NCBI GenBank assembly: GCA_045535075.1
Contig: JAZSKX010000013.1
Span: 1 to 64,000, forward strand
DNA: 64,000 nt
Origin: Candidatus Spyradenecus sp.
GTDB lineage: Bacteria > Verrucomicrobiota > Verrucomicrobiia > Opitutales > UBA953
Direction: 5' to 3'
A program made the position numbers and the translations under genes. Numbering within the stretch: position 1 is the stretch's first letter; each line of letters begins with the position of its first letter. Positions 40,658 to 51,532 of this stretch are shown one piece after another. A model generated the notes under the pieces. The model had not been told where the DNA came from. It searched no databases and worked only from the letters and a program-made list of their open reading frames with translations.

Positions 40658-40767
40658 GTTTTTGTTTTATTGTCTATCTGCTTCCGAAAGCAACGGGGCG
40701 TTCTCGCGGATGCGAGATGAATTTCCTTTTCCCGCGCGGGAACGCGGCTTAAAATCACCCGCTAATT

Positions 40768-41988
40768 ATGAAAAAAGAACTTCCTGCCAATAAACGCCTT
40801 CCCGACGCTAAAGGATTTTTCGGACGCTTCGGGGGCTCTTTCGTTCAGCCGGAATTGCAAAAGCAAATGGACGAAATCGAGCATGCGTATCACACAATTT
40901 GCCGCTCGCACAACTTTGTTCAGGATTTGCGCAACATCCGCAAACATTTTCAGGGGCGCCCGACGCCGGTTTATTACTGCAAAAACCTGACGGAAAAAGT
41001 CGGCGGAGCCCGCATTTATCTCAAGCGCGAAGACCTGAACCACACAGGCGCACACAAGCTCAATCACTGCATGGGCGAGGCCTTGCTCGCGAAATATTTG
41101 GGCAAGAAAAAGCTCATCGCGGAAACGGGTGCCGGGCAACACGGCGTCGCGCTCGCAACGGCGGGAGCGTATTTCGGCATTCCCGTGGAAATCCACATGG
41201 GCGAAGTCGACATCCAAAAAGAATACCCGAACGTTATGCGCATGAAAGTGCTCGGCGCAAAGGTCGTTTCCGTAACGCGCGGCGATAAAACGCTCAAGGA
41301 AGCCGTCGATTCCGCGTTTGAATCCTACCTCGACGATCCGGTTAATTCCATTTACTGCATCGGCTCCGTGCTCGGGCCGCACCCGTTCCCGCTTCTCGTG
41401 CGCGAATTCCAGCGTGTCATCGGCATCGAAGCGCGGGAACAGTTTTTTGAAATGACGGGAGAAATGCCCGACAATATCTGCGCCTGCGTCGGCGGCGGCT
41501 CGAACGCGGCGGGATTTTTCCACGCGTTTATCGACGATCCCGTCGAAATCTACGGTGTCGAGCCGCTCGGTCGCGGAACCAAGCTCGGAGAACACGCCTG
41601 TTCGCTCGCCTACGGCACGGAAGGCATCATGCACGGCTTTAATTCCATTATGCTCAAAGACGAAAACGGCGATCCCGCGCCGGTTTACTCGGCGGCGAGC
41701 GGATTGGATTATCCGTCCGTCGGGCCGGAACACGCTTACTGGCACGAAATCGGGCGCGAAAAAGCCGTCAGCATCAACGACGACGAAGCCGTTACGGCGT
41801 TTTTCCAACTTTCGCGCTTGGAAGGTATCATTCCCGCGCTCGAAAGCGCGCACGCCGTCGCCTTCGCAACGAAGCTCGCCAAGGAGCGCCCGACGGAATC
41901 CATTCTCGTCAATCTTTCCGGTCGCGGCGACAAAGACCTTGATTTCGTCATGGAAAAATTCGGACATTACGCCGACCGCGAATATTAA
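40768..41988 (+). CDS. trpB: tryptophan synthase beta chain
   Basis: [49 protein letters not shown]. Confidence 0.96.
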   Translation: MKKELPANKRLPDAKGFFGRFGGSFVQPELQKQMDEIEHAYHTICRSHNFVQDLRNIRKHFQGRPTPVYYCKNLTEKVGGARIYLKREDLNHTGAHKLNHCMGEALLAKYLGKKKLIAETGAGQHGVALATAGAYFGIPVEIHMGEVDIQKEYPNVMRMKVLGAKVVSVTRGDKTLKEAVDSAFESYLDDPVNSIYCIGSVLGPHPFPLLVREFQRVIGIEAREQFFEMTGEMPDNICACVGGGSNAAGFFHAFIDDPVEIYGVEPLGRGTKLGEHACSLAYGTEGIMHGFNSIMLKDENGDPAPVYSAASGLDYPSVGPEHAYWHEIGREKAVSINDDEAVTAFFQLSRLEGIIPALESAHAVAFATKLAKERPTESILVNLSGRGDKDLDFVMEKFGHYADREY

Positions 41989-42035
41989 GCTTAAGAAAAA
42001 CCGGATGAAGCGGAATTGTTTCGCTTCTCTTCTAA

Positions 42036-42080
42036 ATAAAAAGCGTTCCCGCGATTCTCTTTCACGGGAACGCTTTTTAT
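42036..42080 (+). terminator. intrinsic terminator built from inverted CGGGAAC motifs
   Basis: ATAAAAAGCGTTCCCGCGA-ttctctt-TCACGGGAACGCTTTTTAT. Confidence 0.85.
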
Positions 42081-42130
42081 TCTGAAAAACTCTTTGGACA
42101 ATACCTTATGAGAGGAGTTTAATTTCGCGT

Positions 42131-43747
42131 ATGCTAAAAACTCTTTTCTTCGTGCTTATTTCATTGTTCGGGTTCGCGTGCGGATTAAACGCCTCCGTTC
42201 CCGCTGAAAATCTGCCGCTGGTTCCGGCCCCGAAACAAATCGAATTTACGGGGAAAAGCCGTTTTGATGTTCCGTCTTCTCTGACGATCGGCGCACCCAA
42301 ATCTCTTGCGCGCGAGGCGGAGATTTTAAAAAGAATCTTGAAAAAACGTTTGAACGTTGCAGCGACTCCGGCGGCGGGAGCGCAGGGGACGATAAGCCTT
42401 TCCGTTTCTTCCCGTATCAAAAATCGTGAAGGCTACGCGCTGAAGATTTCCCGCAACGGTATCGCGATTGCGGGCGGTTCTCCCGCCGGCGTTTATTATG
42501 GAATTCGCACGTTGGAGCAACTTCTTATTTCGCAGAAAAAACACCTTCCGGAGCTGAAAATTATTGATGAGCCGCGTTTCTCCTATCGGGGGCTGATGCT
42601 CGATCCCGCGCGCAATTTCCTCCCGCTCAAAGACGTGAAACGATTCGTCGAAACAATGGCTTCGTGCAAGTTCAACGTGCTTCATTTTCATCTTAGCGAC
42701 GACCAAGGCTGGCGCATTGAAATCAAAAATCCTAAATACAGGAAACTGATGTCTGCGGGAGCACAGGAAAACAAACCTGCGGGAACGCGCGGCTATTATA
42801 CGCAAAAAGAAATTCGGGAACTCGTCGATTTCGCGGCGGCGCATCACGTCGAAATCATTCCCGAAATTGATATGCCGGGACACAATATGGGCGCAATTTT
42901 TTCCTATCCGGAATTGACTTGCGAATATGTCCGCCGCGTCAACGCCGATCCCGATCTTTTAAAGAAAAACAATAAAATGAAAATCGAGATCTGGAGTAAA
43001 GCAGGGGTTTCCGAAGCCTTGCTCTGCGCCGGAAAAAAGTCGACGTATGCATTTTTTGATGACGTATTGGGCGAAATCTGCCGCTTGTTTCCGTCAAAAC
43101 GCTTCCACCTCGGCGGCGATGAAGCTCCCGCAAAATGCTGGGATCATTGCAAGGATTGCCGGGCGTTTATGAAAAAAGAGGGGTTGAAAAATACGCAGGA
43201 ACTCATGGCGTATTTCTTCCAACGTAATTTCGATTCCCTCGCAAAAGCCGGTAAAACGGCACTTTATTGGTACGAGCTCGACGTGCCGAAATACCCGAAA
43301 AATGCCGTAATGTACGCGTGGCGCATGGGACTGACAAAGCAGACAATTGATCGCGCTTTGCGGGAAGGTTACAAAGTTATTTGTTGCCCGGGCGAATATG
43401 CTTACTTGGACTATCCGCAAACCCGAAGCGAATCCAACCACGGCTGGATGCCGATGACGACGCTCAAACGTTCCTACGAATTCGACCCCGGATACGGACA
43501 CCCGAAAAACGAAGAAGCCTCAATTCTCGGTTGCGAAGGCACGCTTTGGGCGGAGCATTTGCCTACTCTCGAACAAATTTACGGAAAGGCGTTCCCGCGC
43601 GCACTGGCACTCGTCGAAGCCGGATGGACTCCTATGGCACGCCGTGACTGGGAAAACTTTAAGCTCCGCGTAGCTCCGATTGTGCGCGATATGCGCAAAA
43701 ACGGTGTTCCTGCTTATTGGCCGGAAGACGAATTCGGCAAAGAGTAA
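42131..43747 (+). CDS. GH20 beta-N-acetylhexosaminidase, secreted
   Basis: Signal peptide; DEPRFSYRGLMLD, HFHLSDDQGWR, IPEIDMPGH, catalytic HLGGDE. Confidence 0.93.
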   Translation: MLKTLFFVLISLFGFACGLNASVPAENLPLVPAPKQIEFTGKSRFDVPSSLTIGAPKSLAREAEILKRILKKRLNVAATPAAGAQGTISLSVSSRIKNREGYALKISRNGIAIAGGSPAGVYYGIRTLEQLLISQKKHLPELKIIDEPRFSYRGLMLDPARNFLPLKDVKRFVETMASCKFNVLHFHLSDDQGWRIEIKNPKYRKLMSAGAQENKPAGTRGYYTQKEIRELVDFAAAHHVEIIPEIDMPGHNMGAIFSYPELTCEYVRRVNADPDLLKKNNKMKIEIWSKAGVSEALLCAGKKSTYAFFDDVLGEICRLFPSKRFHLGGDEAPAKCWDHCKDCRAFMKKEGLKNTQELMAYFFQRNFDSLAKAGKTALYWYELDVPKYPKNAVMYAWRMGLTKQTIDRALREGYKVICCPGEYAYLDYPQTRSESNHGWMPMTTLKRSYEFDPGYGHPKNEEASILGCEGTLWAEHLPTLEQIYGKAFPRALALVEAGWTPMARRDWENFKLRVAPIVRDMRKNGVPAYWPEDEFGKE

Positions 43748-43949
43748 ATATTTTTTTAGTGTAAAAATTACAAAATTTCCCCTCAAAACAGGGCGTGGTG
43801 ATTTTGGGATTTTGTTCCCGAGGCAAAATGGGCGCAGTAAATGTCGTCTCGGGGTTTCGCACACAAAACCATTCCTCCTGTAAGGGCAAAAGAACAGCCG
43901 TTCTGCTTTAATTCTTAATCTTTAACGCATTATCGTCTATAATGTCCGT

Positions 43950-45089
43950 ATGCGTAAAATCATTCTCCTCGGGGCGACGGGTTCTATCGGCGAAAACACA
44001 CTCGAAGTCATCGATGCTCATCGCGATGAAATTGAGCTTGTCGGTGTTGCCGCTAATACGCGCTGGCGGGAACTTGCCGCGATTGCTCAAAAATACGTCG
44101 TTAAAGATGTTGCAATTTTTGACGAACGTGCGGCGCGAGAAGCCCGGGAGTCCGGTTTGTTTCCTGCGGGAACGCGCTTCTATGTCGGCTTGGACGGCCT
44201 GATTGAAATTGCGACGCTTGCCGAAGCGGATCTTGTCATCACGGCGGTTGTCGGAACATTGGGACTGAAACCGACACTGGCGGCGATTCGCAGCGGCAAG
44301 GATGTTGCGGTTGCGAGCAAGGAAATCCTCGTTCTCGCCGGACAATTCGTTATGTCGGAAGCGCGGGAACGCGGTGTGAAAATTTTGCCGATGGACAGCG
44401 AGCACAACGCGATTTTCCAATGTATCGGCGAGGAAAGGCGCTATGTCGATCGGATTATTCTTACGGCGAGCGGCGGCGCTTTTCGCGATTACACGCCGGA
44501 GGAAATGGCACGGGTCGTTCCCGCAGATGCGCTTAAAAACCCGAATTGGAACATGGGGCCGAAAGTAACGGTTGATTCGTCCAGTATGGCTAACAAGGGT
44601 TTGGAACTGATTGAGGCGACTTGGCTTTTCGATCTGCCGGAATCGCGCATTGATATTGTTGTTCACCCGCAAAGCATCGTGCATTCGATGGTGAAATTTT
44701 ACGACGGTTCGGTTCTTGCACAACTCGCGCCGCCGTCAATGACTTTTCCGATTCAACACTGCATTTTCTATCCGCAGCGGCTTGCGGGAACGCGCCCGTC
44801 GCTGGATTTTTCGCAAGCGCTTTCGTTGGAATTCCGCGCGCCCGATTACGAAAAGTATAAATGCCTGCGCTTAGCGCGAGCGGCCTCGCGCGCCGGAGGA
44901 ATTGCTCCCGCAGTTTTCAACGCCGCCAACGAAGTTGCCGTCGATGCGTTTTTAAAAGGGAAGATTCCCTACCTTGAAATTCCGGAAATTATCGAAAATT
45001 GCCTCGAAAAAATTCCGGCTCGCGTTCCCGCAGATTTGGAGGATGTTTTGGCGGTTGATGCCGAAGCGCGTCGCCTCGCGGCTTTATAA
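43950..45089 (+). CDS. dxr: 1-deoxy-D-xylulose-5-phosphate reductoisomerase
   Basis: LGATGSIG, PMDSEHNAIFQ, LTASGG, WNMGPKVTVDS, NKGLELIEA, HPQSIVHSMV. Confidence 0.97.
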   Translation: MRKIILLGATGSIGENTLEVIDAHRDEIELVGVAANTRWRELAAIAQKYVVKDVAIFDERAAREARESGLFPAGTRFYVGLDGLIEIATLAEADLVITAVVGTLGLKPTLAAIRSGKDVAVASKEILVLAGQFVMSEARERGVKILPMDSEHNAIFQCIGEERRYVDRIILTASGGAFRDYTPEEMARVVPADALKNPNWNMGPKVTVDSSSMANKGLELIEATWLFDLPESRIDIVVHPQSIVHSMVKFYDGSVLAQLAPPSMTFPIQHCIFYPQRLAGTRPSLDFSQALSLEFRAPDYEKYKCLRLARAASRAGGIAPAVFNAANEVAVDAFLKGKIPYLEIPEIIENCLEKIPARVPADLEDVLAVDAEARRLAAL

Positions 45090-45147
45090 TTATCGTCCGC
45101 AAAAATTTCCGCTTTTCTTGAGTCGGAAAGTGAATTATTTTTTCATT

Positions 45148-45813
45148 ATGAAAGCTTTATCCCCTGTTTCAAAACGGAAGGCATTTACACTCGTCGAAGT
45201 CTTGGTCGTTGTCGGCGTTATTGCGATTCTTGCCGCAGTTACCGTCGGGCTTTTGGGTCCGGTGGAAAACGCAATCAGAACATCGAATGCGAAAGCGCAA
45301 TGCGACAAGATTTCCATGGCGGTGGAGGACTTTAAATCGACTTATGGCGAGTATCCGATGCTTGAAGATTCGGGCGATCAGGAAGATTGGGAAAAATTGC
45401 TCATGGATTCGATGCGCGGCGACAAAATCCTCGTACGAAAGGGCGGGAAAATGCAGCTCATCGATTTTGATGACGGGAAATCGGATGCCGAACGCCGCCC
45501 GTTTTTGGAACTCAGTGAATTTTCGTTTGATAGTGAAGATGTCGATTCCGCCACTAAAATTCTCGACCCGTGGGAAAACCCGTGGCAATACCGCTACAAT
45601 GTAATTTCAGGCGGCAAACTCGGGAAGAATTGGTTCGGTCCGACGTTCATTCTAATCTCCGCCGGACCGGAATACGAAGATCCCGTGGGAACCGATGACT
45701 TCTTTACCGGCGATTTGGAAGAAGAAGGGGTGCCGGATTTGGACCCGGACGGAGACGACTACTACTTTGCCGACATCCGCGCCGACAATATTACGAACTT
45801 TGGTGCGAAATAA
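45148..45813 (+). CDS. prepilin-type N-methylation domain protein (pseudopilin-like)
   Basis: Start revised to ATG 45148; RKA|FTLVEVLVVVGVIAILAA, DPWENPWQY, LISAGP. Confidence 0.85.
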   Translation: MKALSPVSKRKAFTLVEVLVVVGVIAILAAVTVGLLGPVENAIRTSNAKAQCDKISMAVEDFKSTYGEYPMLEDSGDQEDWEKLLMDSMRGDKILVRKGGKMQLIDFDDGKSDAERRPFLELSEFSFDSEDVDSATKILDPWENPWQYRYNVISGGKLGKNWFGPTFILISAGPEYEDPVGTDDFFTGDLEEEGVPDLDPDGDDYYFADIRADNITNFGAK

Positions 45814-45837
45814 GCATCTTCCGACTTAGCTTTTCTC

Positions 45838-46629
45838 ATGAACAAAGTCATTTTTTCCATCTGTGCGTTGCTGATTTTCGTCGTTGCCGTGCTCTTTTGT
45901 GCGCGTAGCCTCGGAACGGCGTTCCCGTCGGCGTCAATCGAAGAAAGCGAAGACGAAAATTACAAGCGAGGAAAAACGCTTGCCATGGAAAAAAAAGACG
46001 CCGAAGCGATGGAAGCATTTTATAAAGTCGTTAATTCCCGCGACGAAGCTCCCGAATCGCACTTAGAGTTGGGGTTGCTCGCCTTGCGCCGTGATATGCC
46101 GCTCGATGCCGTTTATCACTTGCGTCAGCATCTGCGCCAAAGCCTTACGGACTCGAAGAAAAGTTTGGTTGAAGATCAGATTCGGGCAGCAACAAAATTG
46201 TTCCTCTCCCAGCAACCGGGACGCCCGTTCGATGCCATTTCCGCCTCGCCGGATTTTGAGAAAAAATACGATTCGCTACGCAAGGAAAACGATGCTCTGA
46301 AGCGGGAACAGCTCGTCTTGCGCAGCCGGATCGCCGATTTGGAAAATCGCCTCGGACACGCAACGACGCCTCCGGTCGCGGGAAGACAGGTCGCCGCAAC
46401 CGCGCCGACGAACACGCGCCCGGTCGTCGCTCCGGCTCCCGATTCGCCCGGCCGGTCCGACATTCCTAAGACGCACACCGTTGTTCGCGGCGACACACTG
46501 ACCAAAATCAGCCAAAAATACTACGGGACGCAAAATCGCTGGCGCGAAATTTACAAATACAACAGCGATACGCTTTCGACGCCGACTTCTCTTAAGCCCG
46601 GAGACAAGTTGAAATTGCCGCCGCAATAA
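45838..46629 (+). CDS. TPR/coiled-coil protein with C-terminal LysM domain
   Basis: N-terminal TM; HTVVRGDTLTKISQKYYG..LKPGDKLKLP. Confidence 0.85.
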   Translation: MNKVIFSICALLIFVVAVLFCARSLGTAFPSASIEESEDENYKRGKTLAMEKKDAEAMEAFYKVVNSRDEAPESHLELGLLALRRDMPLDAVYHLRQHLRQSLTDSKKSLVEDQIRAATKLFLSQQPGRPFDAISASPDFEKKYDSLRKENDALKREQLVLRSRIADLENRLGHATTPPVAGRQVAATAPTNTRPVVAPAPDSPGRSDIPKTHTVVRGDTLTKISQKYYGTQNRWREIYKYNSDTLSTPTSLKPGDKLKLPPQ

Positions 46630-46636
46630 TTTTCCG

Positions 46637-47713
46637 ATGCGTCTCAATCGACTGCGCGTTTCGCAATTCCGCAATGTGGAATTTGCCGATTTGCCGCTCA
46701 CGGGAACACGAACTTTTCTCTTCGGCGAAAACGCCCAAGGGAAAACGAATTTGTTGGAATCCGCGAGCTTGCTGACGGCGTTGCGTTCCTTTCGCACGCG
46801 CGACTTGCGGCAACTCGTCCGCCACGGCACGAAAACGGCGCAGGCTGCCTTTGAATTGGAACACGAATTCGAGGGAGAAACCTCGGTTCTCCTCACAATC
46901 GAAAGCACGGGAACGAAACGCGTCGAAATCGGCGCGGGAACGCTCGTAAAACGCATGTGCGATTTTGTCGGACGTTTTCCGGCTGTCGTTTTTTCGTCGG
47001 AAGACGTTGCGATTTTGCGTGGCGCGCCGGGCGTTCGGCGACGTTGGTTCGACGTTACTTTTTCGGCAATTAATGTCGAATATCTCGCGCATTTGCAGCG
47101 TTTTTACCGAGCGCTTGAATCCAGAAACAAGCTTTTGAAAAATGATATTTCCGCAAGCGCTCAATTTTCGGCGTTCGAGAAAATCATGGCGGAAAGCGGC
47201 GACTTTCTCGTGCGTTCCCGTGAGCGGGAATTAAAAATTTTATCAGAAAAATTCACGGATTTTGCACAGCGGATTTTGGCGAATTCCGCAAGCGCCGAGT
47301 TAATTTATTCCCCCGGATTTCGCGCGGAGAATCCTTCCGCGTGGGAAGATTTCTTCGAGCGTTCCCGCCGTACGGATTTCATATTTCATGCAACGCAAAA
47401 AGGCCCGCATCGGGATGATTTTCATTTCAAATTAAACGGAAAGGATGCCGCCGACTTCGCATCCGAAGGACAGCAACGCGGGCTTTCGCTTGCTCTCGGG
47501 CTTGCTCAACTCTCGCTATTCCGCGAACGCACACGCATCGCGCCGCTTGTGCTGGCGGACGACGTGCTCAGCGAATTAGACCCGATCCGGCGCGAAAATT
47601 TCTGGCGGGAAGTCGGCGCGGATTTACAGGTAATTGCCACGGGAACGCAGTTGCCGCCCAATCCGGAAGCGTGGCAAATCTTTAAAGTCGTAAACGGAAC
47701 TTACTTACAATGA
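46637..47713 (+). CDS. recF: DNA replication/repair protein RecF
   Basis: GENAQGKTNLLES, GPHRDD, ASEGQQR, LADDVLSELD. Confidence 0.96.
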   Translation: MRLNRLRVSQFRNVEFADLPLTGTRTFLFGENAQGKTNLLESASLLTALRSFRTRDLRQLVRHGTKTAQAAFELEHEFEGETSVLLTIESTGTKRVEIGAGTLVKRMCDFVGRFPAVVFSSEDVAILRGAPGVRRRWFDVTFSAINVEYLAHLQRFYRALESRNKLLKNDISASAQFSAFEKIMAESGDFLVRSRERELKILSEKFTDFAQRILANSASAELIYSPGFRAENPSAWEDFFERSRRTDFIFHATQKGPHRDDFHFKLNGKDAADFASEGQQRGLSLALGLAQLSLFRERTRIAPLVLADDVLSELDPIRRENFWREVGADLQVIATGTQLPPNPEAWQIFKVVNGTYLQ

Positions 47714-48279
47714 TGAAATTTATTTTGGCATCGGCATCGCCGCGCCGTCGGGAACTGCTCGCAAAAGCCGGTTTTCAATTTGAAGTTCAGACGGCGGATG
47801 TTGTCGAAGATGAAAATCCGGACGGCAATCCGCGAGAAGCCGTCGCGCACAATGCGCGGATAAAAGCGCTCGCCGTCGCAGAAAAAAATCCCGACGCGCT
47901 CGTTTTAGGCTCAGATACAACGGTGGCGTTCGGCGGAAAGGTTTTCAACAAACCCGCAAATCTCGACGAAGCGCGGGAAATGCTCAAAACCCTCGGCGGG
48001 AACACGCACACGGTTTACACGGGTGTTTGCCTGATTCATAAAAAATCCGGGCTCTGCGAGGAAAACGTCTACGCCTGCAACGTTACATTCAAACCGCTCG
48101 ACGACGCGATTGTCGATTTGTACTTCAAAATCGTCAATCCGCTCGACAAGGCCGGCGCATACGGTATTCAGGAAGGGCGGGAGCTCATTATTGAGGCTTA
48201 TGACGAACCGCTGAGCAATATCATGGGGCTTCCAGTCGAACTTATTTCCGGACGCATTCGTGAAATCCTTTCCTGCTAG
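47710..48279 (+). CDS. maf: Maf nucleotide pyrophosphatase
   Basis: ILASASPRRRELL, GSDTTV, DKAGAYGIQ, NIMGLP. Confidence 0.95.
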   Translation: MMKFILASASPRRRELLAKAGFQFEVQTADVVEDENPDGNPREAVAHNARIKALAVAEKNPDALVLGSDTTVAFGGKVFNKPANLDEAREMLKTLGGNTHTVYTGVCLIHKKSGLCEENVYACNVTFKPLDDAIVDLYFKIVNPLDKAGAYGIQEGRELIIEAYDEPLSNIMGLPVELISGRIREILSC

Positions 48280-48351
48280 CCGATTTTCATGTTTCCCGTG
48301 GGAGCTGATTTATGATTTCATAACCCGAAAACTTTTTTAATTCTTCTAACC

Positions 48352-49824
48352 ATGAAATACATTTCCACGCGCGGACTCGCGCCCGAAGTTTCCTCAACCG
48401 AAGCACTTCTAAACGGTATCGCACCCGACGGCGGGCTTTACGTTCCCGCCGAAATTCCCTCTAAAAGTGCGCTCCCGAACTGGCTCGAAGCCGATTGCGA
48501 TTACGCGGGAACGATGCGCAAACTCCTCGCGCTGTTTTTTGACGATATTCCCGAAAATGTGCGCAACGCCGCCGTCGAACGCTCTGTTGCGCGCTTCGCA
48601 AATCCCGCCGTTCCCGTGCCGTTTAATCCGGTTTGCGACAACGTCGTTTTCATGGACTTGGCACAGGGCCCGACCGCCGCGTTTAAGGACGTTGCGCTGA
48701 CGATTTTGCCGACGCTCTTGCAATACGCCGCAGAGCAGGCGGGACTGAAAAAAGCCGCAATCCTCACGGCGACGAGCGGAGACACCGGCTCGGCGGCGAT
48801 GCGCGGCTTCGCGGATGTCGCGGGAACGGAAGTGCTCGTGTTTTTCCCGAAGACGGGAACGTCCGAAATTCAGCGTCGCCAAATGGTTTGTTGCGAGGGC
48901 GGGAACGTGCATGCCTGCGCCATCGAAGGCAATTTCGACGACGCGCAGGCAGGCGTGAAAACCGTTTTCGCTGATGAAAAAATCCGCGCCGATGCCGCCG
49001 CCAAGGGAATTTTCCTTTCCAGCGCCAATTCGATTAATATCGGGCGCCTGTTCCCGCAGGTTTGCTACTACATTATGGCGTGGCGGCAACTGCATTTCTC
49101 CTGCATTCTCGGCGACGAAGGCTTTGATGTTGTCGTGCCGACGGGGAATTTCGGAAACATTCTTGCGGCGTTTTACGCGAAAAAACTCGGCGCGCCGATT
49201 CGCCGTTTCATCGTCGCGTCGAACGAAAACAACGTCGTTGCCGAATTCATCAAAACCGGAGTTTACGACACGCATCGCGCGTTCAAAATCACCAATTCGC
49301 CCTCAATGGACATTTTGGTTTCGTCGAATATCGAGCGTTTTATTTTTGAAATTTCCGGGCGCGATTCCGCGTGGACGCGCGAAAGCATGGCGTCGCTCAA
49401 AGCGAGCGGCGTGTTCCGTTTTGACGACGAAAAACGCCGCGCGGCGGAAGACGCCGGCTTTGATTCGGGCTTTGCGACGATGACGGAAACCGAAGCGGCG
49501 ATTGCGGAAATTCACCGCGATGCGAATTATTTTGCGGACCCGCACACGGCGATCGGCTGGAAAGTTCTGCGCGAACTCGGCAATCGCGGAAGCGTTCCCG
49601 CCGTCATTGCGGAAACGGCGGCTCCGTGGAAATTCCCGGCGACAATGCTGCGCGCGCTCACGGGAACCTGCGGGAATGACGATTTTGAAAATCTGAAAAA
49701 ACTCGGCGAGATTATCGGGCAAACGCCTCGCTTTGCCGAGCTTGAAACCGCTCCCGTGCGCCACGATTTGGTTTGCGCGAAAAACCGTGTCGGCAACGCC
49801 GTCCGCTCCGTTTTCGGGATTTAG
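48352..49824 (+). CDS. thrC: threonine synthase
   Basis: MKYISTRG, DGGLYVP, GPTAAFKD, ATSGDTG, SANSINIGR, VPTGNFGN. Confidence 0.95.
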   Translation: MKYISTRGLAPEVSSTEALLNGIAPDGGLYVPAEIPSKSALPNWLEADCDYAGTMRKLLALFFDDIPENVRNAAVERSVARFANPAVPVPFNPVCDNVVFMDLAQGPTAAFKDVALTILPTLLQYAAEQAGLKKAAILTATSGDTGSAAMRGFADVAGTEVLVFFPKTGTSEIQRRQMVCCEGGNVHACAIEGNFDDAQAGVKTVFADEKIRADAAAKGIFLSSANSINIGRLFPQVCYYIMAWRQLHFSCILGDEGFDVVVPTGNFGNILAAFYAKKLGAPIRRFIVASNENNVVAEFIKTGVYDTHRAFKITNSPSMDILVSSNIERFIFEISGRDSAWTRESMASLKASGVFRFDDEKRRAAEDAGFDSGFATMTETEAAIAEIHRDANYFADPHTAIGWKVLRELGNRGSVPAVIAETAAPWKFPATMLRALTGTCGNDDFENLKKLGEIIGQTPRFAELETAPVRHDLVCAKNRVGNAVRSVFGI

Positions 49825-50043
49825 AGATTCCCTCGCGGGGCGCGGCGTTGCTGGGCGGCGCGGGAACGTAAAACGATAAATTTCCGAGGCAAGTTTTTAG
49901 AACGGCGGAAAACGTTTTTTGATACTCGGTGTGGTTGTGTCTCTGCAAGAGAAAATCGGAAGCGCCGCTGAAGCGTGCCGAAATAAATCAAATCGAAAAA
50001 AAAGCATTGCGGAAAACCTCGCCGAGCTTAAAAAGATGACTTA

Positions 50044-51501
50044 ATGAAATCAGATGCTTCAAAAGCTTTTCCCGTAGCAACGGAAGCGTTGAAAAATGCG
50101 CTTGGGGGCGAGGCGGTTCGAACGGACGCCGAAGCGCTTTTTGCCGCGTCGTTCGACAATACGAAACTTTCGTTTTTGCCGGAAGCCGTCGTGTTTCCGC
50201 GCGACGAAAATGATATTGCGACGACACTAAAACTTGCCTATGCGCACGGCGTTCCCGTGACGGTGCGCGGCGCGGGAAGCGGAACGACAGGCGCAGCGGC
50301 GCCGGTTTGCGGCGGCTGGGTTGTTTCACTTGCGCATTGGACGAAGTGTGAGATTGATGCCGATTCTGCCTTGGCGCTTGTCGAGCCGGGTGTTGTTACG
50401 CAGGCGATTTCCGACGCGGCGCGGGAACACGGGCTTTTTTATCCGCCGGATCCCGCAAGCGTAAAACATTGCACAATCGGCGGAAACATCGCCACGAATG
50501 CCGGCGGCCTGCGGGCGGCAAAATACGGAGTAACGCGCGATTACGTCGTCGCACTCGAAGGATTTTTACCGACGGGCGAAAAAGTGCGTTGGGGCGGCAA
50601 GGTCAAAAAATTTGTCAGCGGCTACAATCTGCGCGATTTATGGGTCGGAGCGGAAGGCACGCTCGGCATTATCACGCGGGCCGTTTTGCGCTTGGAGCCG
50701 ATTCCCGAGGCTCGCCATACGTTTTTGTGTATGTTTGCGGGCGATGCGAGCGGCTTGCGCGCGTCGCAGGCGCTTCTGCGGGAACGCGTTAATCCGTCGG
50801 TTTTGGAATTTATGGACGCGCTTTCCGTGCGTTGCGCCTTAGAAGAAAAGGGCGAGACGATTTCGGGAATTGAGTGCGGCGATTCGGTTTTACTGGTGGA
50901 GATTGACGGTTCCCGTGCCGAGCTTGAGCCTGCAATCGAAAAAGTTCGCGCTTGGGCAAAAAAATATGCGCGTGTATTTCGCGAAACTTCCGATTCCGCC
51001 GAAGCCGAAAAACTTTGGGAAATCCGCCGCGCCTGCTCGCCGGCGATGTTCCGTTTGGCAAATTCAAAATTAAACGAAGACATCGTTGTTCCGCTTGAAA
51101 ATTACATCCCGCTTTTTGACGCAATGCGCGACATAACGCGTGAAACCGGTTTGCAAACGCCGATTTTCGGGCATGCCGCCGACGGCAATTTTCACGTTCA
51201 CATTATGTACAATCGCGAAAATCCGCGGGAACGCGATTTAGCGCAGAAAGCAATTTTTCGGGTAATGAAATCCGTTGTCGATTTAGGCGGCGTCATTACG
51301 GGAGAGCACGGAATCGGCTTGGCAAAATCGCCGTTTTTGGCGCTTCAGCACACGCCGGCGGAAATCGAGGCGATGCGCGCCGTCAAAAAAGCGCTCGACC
51401 CGAAAAACATTCTCGGACGCGGAAAAATATTTGAAGCGTTCAATGTTTGGAACTGCGAACCGGTTTCCGTCAAATTACCTTGGGATCGGAAAAAAGCTTA
51501 A
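50044..51501 (+). CDS. FAD-linked oxidase, GlcD/D-lactate dehydrogenase family
   Basis: YPPDPAS, TIGGNIATNAGG, KYGVTRDYV, GHAADGNFH, GEHGIG. Confidence 0.9.
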   Translation: MKSDASKAFPVATEALKNALGGEAVRTDAEALFAASFDNTKLSFLPEAVVFPRDENDIATTLKLAYAHGVPVTVRGAGSGTTGAAAPVCGGWVVSLAHWTKCEIDADSALALVEPGVVTQAISDAAREHGLFYPPDPASVKHCTIGGNIATNAGGLRAAKYGVTRDYVVALEGFLPTGEKVRWGGKVKKFVSGYNLRDLWVGAEGTLGIITRAVLRLEPIPEARHTFLCMFAGDASGLRASQALLRERVNPSVLEFMDALSVRCALEEKGETISGIECGDSVLLVEIDGSRAELEPAIEKVRAWAKKYARVFRETSDSAEAEKLWEIRRACSPAMFRLANSKLNEDIVVPLENYIPLFDAMRDITRETGLQTPIFGHAADGNFHVHIMYNRENPRERDLAQKAIFRVMKSVVDLGGVITGEHGIGLAKSPFLALQHTPAEIEAMRAVKKALDPKNILGRGKIFEAFNVWNCEPVSVKLPWDRKKA

Positions 51502-51532
51502 TTTCGCAAGGGCAAAAGGAAGTCGGAAATCA

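Noticed and set aside
45148..45813. Pilin-like protein as the uptake-sequence receptor (ComP analogue)
   Set aside because: The mature domain is strongly acidic, unlike a DNA-binding pilin, and such proteins are abundant in PVC genomes.
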